DNA from: Crassostrea angulata
Taxonomy: Eukaryota
DNA: 64,000 nucleotides
Reading direction: 5' to 3'
NCBI RefSeq assembly: GCF_025612915.1
Contig: NC_069114.1
Span: 49,642,639 to 49,706,638, forward strand
A program made the position numbers and the translations under genes. Below, piece after piece: positions 61,140 to 64,000 of this stretch (its first letter is position 1; the number at the start of each line of letters is the position of its first letter). The notes under the pieces are model-generated. The model had not been told where the DNA came from. It searched no databases and saw nothing but the letters and a program-made list of their open reading frames with translations.

Positions 61140-62860
61140 AGCAGGACGTCCAGACAAATCTACAGGTACAGACAAATCTACCGGTACAAACGTATAGTCC
61201 AGACAAATCTACAGGTACAAACGTATGGTCCAGACAAATCTACCGGTACAAACGTATAGTCCAGACAAATCTACGGGTACAAACGTATCTAGTCCAGACA
61301 AATCTACAGGTACAAATATATAGTCCAGACAAATCTACCGGTACAAACGTATGGTCCAGACAAATCTACCGGTACAAATATATAGTCCAGACAAATCTAC
61401 CGGTACAAATATATAGTCCAGACAAATCTACAGGTACAAACGTATAGTCCAGACAAATCTACAGGTACAAATGTACAGTCCAGACAAATCTACAGGTACA
61501 AATATATAGTCCAGACAAATCTACAGGTACAAACGTATCTAGTTCAGACAAATCTACAGGTACAAATATATAGTCCAGACAAATCTACCGGTACAAACGT
61601 ATGGTCCAGACAAATCTACCGGTACAAATGTATAGTCCAGACAAATCTACAGGTACAAATGTATAGTCCAGACAAATCTACCGGTACAAACGTATGGTCC
61701 AGACATATCTACGGGTACAAACGTATGGTCCAGACAAATCTACAGGTACAAATGTACAGTCCAGACAAATCTACAGGTACAAATGTACAGTCCAGACATA
61801 TCTACAGGTACAAACGTATCTAGTCCAGACAAATCTACAGGTACAAACGTATCTAGTCCAGACAAATCTACAGGTACAAATATATAGTCCAGACAAATCT
61901 ACAGGTACAAACGTATACTATAGTAGTCCAGACAAATCAACAGGTACAAATATATAGTCCAGACAAATCTACAGGTACAAATGTATGGTCCAGACAAATC
62001 TACAGGTACAAATGTATAGTCCAGACAAATCTACGGGTACAAACGTATAGTCCAGACAAATCTACAGGTACAAACGTATGGTCCAGACAAATCTACAGGT
62101 ACAAACGTATAGTCCAGACAAATCTACAGGTACAAATGTACAGTCCAGACAAATCTACAGGTACAAATGTACAGTCCAGACAAATCTACAGGTACAAACG
62201 TATGGTCCAGACAAATCTACAGGTACAAACGTATAGTCCAGACAAATCTACAGGTACAAATGTACAGTCCAGACAAATCTACAGGTACAAATGTACAGTC
62301 CAGACAAATCTACCGGTACAAACGTATAGTCCAGACAAATCTACAGGTACAAATGTACAGTCCAGACAAATCTACAGGTACAAATGTACAGTCCAGACAA
62401 ATCTACCGGTACAAGTATATAGTCCAGCCGAATCTACCGGTACAAACGTATAGTCCAGACAAATCTACAGGTACAAATGTACAGTCCAGACAAATCTACA
62501 GGTACAAATGTACAGTCCAGACAAATCTACCGGTACAAACGTATAGTCCAGACAAATCTACAGGTACAAATGTATAGTCCAGACAAATCTACAGGTACAA
62601 ACGTATAGTCCAGACATATTTACAGGTACAAACGTATAGTCCAGACAAATCTACAGGTACAAATGTACAGCCCAGACAAATCTACGGGTACAAACGTATA
62701 GTCCAGACAAATCTACAGGTACAAATATATAGTCCAGACAAATCTACAGGTACAAACGTATGGTCCAGACAAATCTACAGGTACAAACGTGTAGTCCAGA
62801 CAAATCTACAGGTACAAATGTATACCTCAATCTACAGGTACAAACGGGGGTTTTAGTTTT
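61140..62860. repeat. 31-bp satellite (~50 copies; GTCCAGACAAATCTACAGGTACAAAYGTATA)
   Basis: Direct reading. Produces periodic pseudo-ORFs 61694..62577. Confidence 0.95.
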
Positions 62861-63641
62861 TAAGACTACCTTACTGTTAATATAATAGCTTTTAGAATTT
62901 TCATGGATTGGTACCATACATGTATAATCTGATAATAAAAAGCAAGATGCAAAACATTGATAAAAAATCGCATCGTACATTTCATTTTCTTCGAGAAAGT
63001 CAGTGCCAGTGTGTTAAAACCTTGAAAAATCCTTCTGTATTTGGTGAAGGATCAAGTAATCCAGTGATTTCTACTTTACAAATATTCTTCTATAACAACA
63101 ACAAAAAGTCCAACACTGCAAATGTAACCTTTTCAGTTTTTGAGAGAAGAGACAATTCAACAAAGATTTACCTTCTTCATCTTGAAGGTGCAATTACCTT
63201 ATACAATTCCTACCTTTCACTTCTCGATAGTGCAATGATATGGATAGCACAATCTTACCGAAGCCCTGTCTTCGTCTTCTCGGAGTTTGCGCTAAACCTT
63301 ATATAGAAATTGCCTATCCGAGACCCCCCCCCCATTGATTTTCGAAGGTGAAGACAAAACCTAGCCTTATTGTCTTCTTTTTTTGGTAAGGGGGGGGGGG
63401 ACATTCCAAAAAGGTTCTGCCTCACACTATACTACTCAAAGATGGCAATAACACAGGACAATCAAATCCTAACCGTCCTTTTCTTGAATGTGATATACAT
63501 GAGGACAACCCAACAACAGCCATACCGTACTCTTCTAGATAGCCGCGTTAATCCTACATCGTACACTTAGATCCCTCGTCTCTTCTTGTGACGATACTAT
63601 ATAGAAATCCTGAAAAAGACTGACCATTACTAAAGTCCTAC

Positions 63642-63965
63642 CTTCCTCTTCTCTGAGGCGCTGGTAGCCCTGCGTTTTGGGGGAGGACTCGGTGTGAAGT
63701 TGAATATGCTGGCACAGTCGTAGGGTGCAGTGTCCGGTACCTGGACCAGGTGATTCAGTACGGCAGGGATCGCTTCGGACGTCATCAGCTGGTTTGATTC
63801 GTGGTCAACATTAGCTGTTTGCCGTTCTATGCTTTTCAAAGATTTTGGGGCCAACAATGAAGGTGACATTTGAGTCAGGTTTGAACTCGGTGACGTCACC
63901 GCTCTTTCTGTCGTCTGCTTCGCTTTCTGATTTCGTTGTAGTCTTCTCACAAACGGTTTGCCCAT
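63642..63965 (-). CDS. Candidate first coding exon of an unknown minus-strand gene at the window edge (basic/Ser-Pro-rich, MGKPFVRRLQRNQKAKQTTERAV…SASEKRK)
   Basis: ORF-track 63630..63965 (-). A GGAAG|GTAGGA donor on the minus strand at ~63642 truncates the ORF in a splice-compatible way. 5' UTR/promoter would lie beyond the window end. Confidence 0.3.
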
Positions 63966-64000
63966 GGGTAGTCCCGTTTCCTGGGTCTGGTGGTTGTTCC

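Noticed and set aside
61694-62577. Plus-strand ORFs with repeating YSPDKSTGTNVQSRQIYRYK motif
   Set aside because: Generated by the 31-bp satellite, where frame rotation through three units gives a 31-aa period. Intergenic location and no gene signals.

Overview
This is eukaryotic genomic DNA. It is AT-rich, has GT-AG introns, many minisatellites and long homopolymer G/C runs, and is most consistent with a mollusc-like invertebrate genome. No prokaryotic-type features are present. Two protein-coding genes sit head-to-head around a ~0.8 kb shared promoter region (10561-11391). On the minus strand is a SPEF1/CLAMP-like gene (DUF1042 CH domain); exons at 10560-10401, 5950-5839 and 5528-5395 are resolved and the downstream exons are not. 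On the plus strand is a telomerase-associated protein 1 (TEP1) orthologue of about 53 exons spanning 11392-51074. Its domain order is an S/T-rich N-terminus, TROVE, a vWA-like region, DUF4062, a NACHT P-loop NTPase, and a long WD40 array; the model encodes about 2,700 aa. The TEP1 introns hold a nested antisense, apparently intact FLYWCH-MULE (Mutator-like) DNA transposon with a 467-aa stop-free transposase. They also hold a TA-flanked Stowaway-like MITE, a foldback-like structure built from inverted blocks of palindromic tandem repeats, and several kb-scale minisatellites. The most unusual pattern is that at least six TEP1 exon boundaries are immediately flanked by tandem duplications that include the splice site plus a few exonic bases. 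Two of these have expanded into minisatellites of about 100 and 15 copies, so the introns carry arrays of decoy acceptor/donor sites. Downstream of TEP1 (51-64 kb) the sequence is intergenic, with satellites, MITE-like elements and poly-G/C tracts, plus a possible 5' exon of a minus-strand gene at the window edge. All coordinates were hand-counted and may be off by a few nt.
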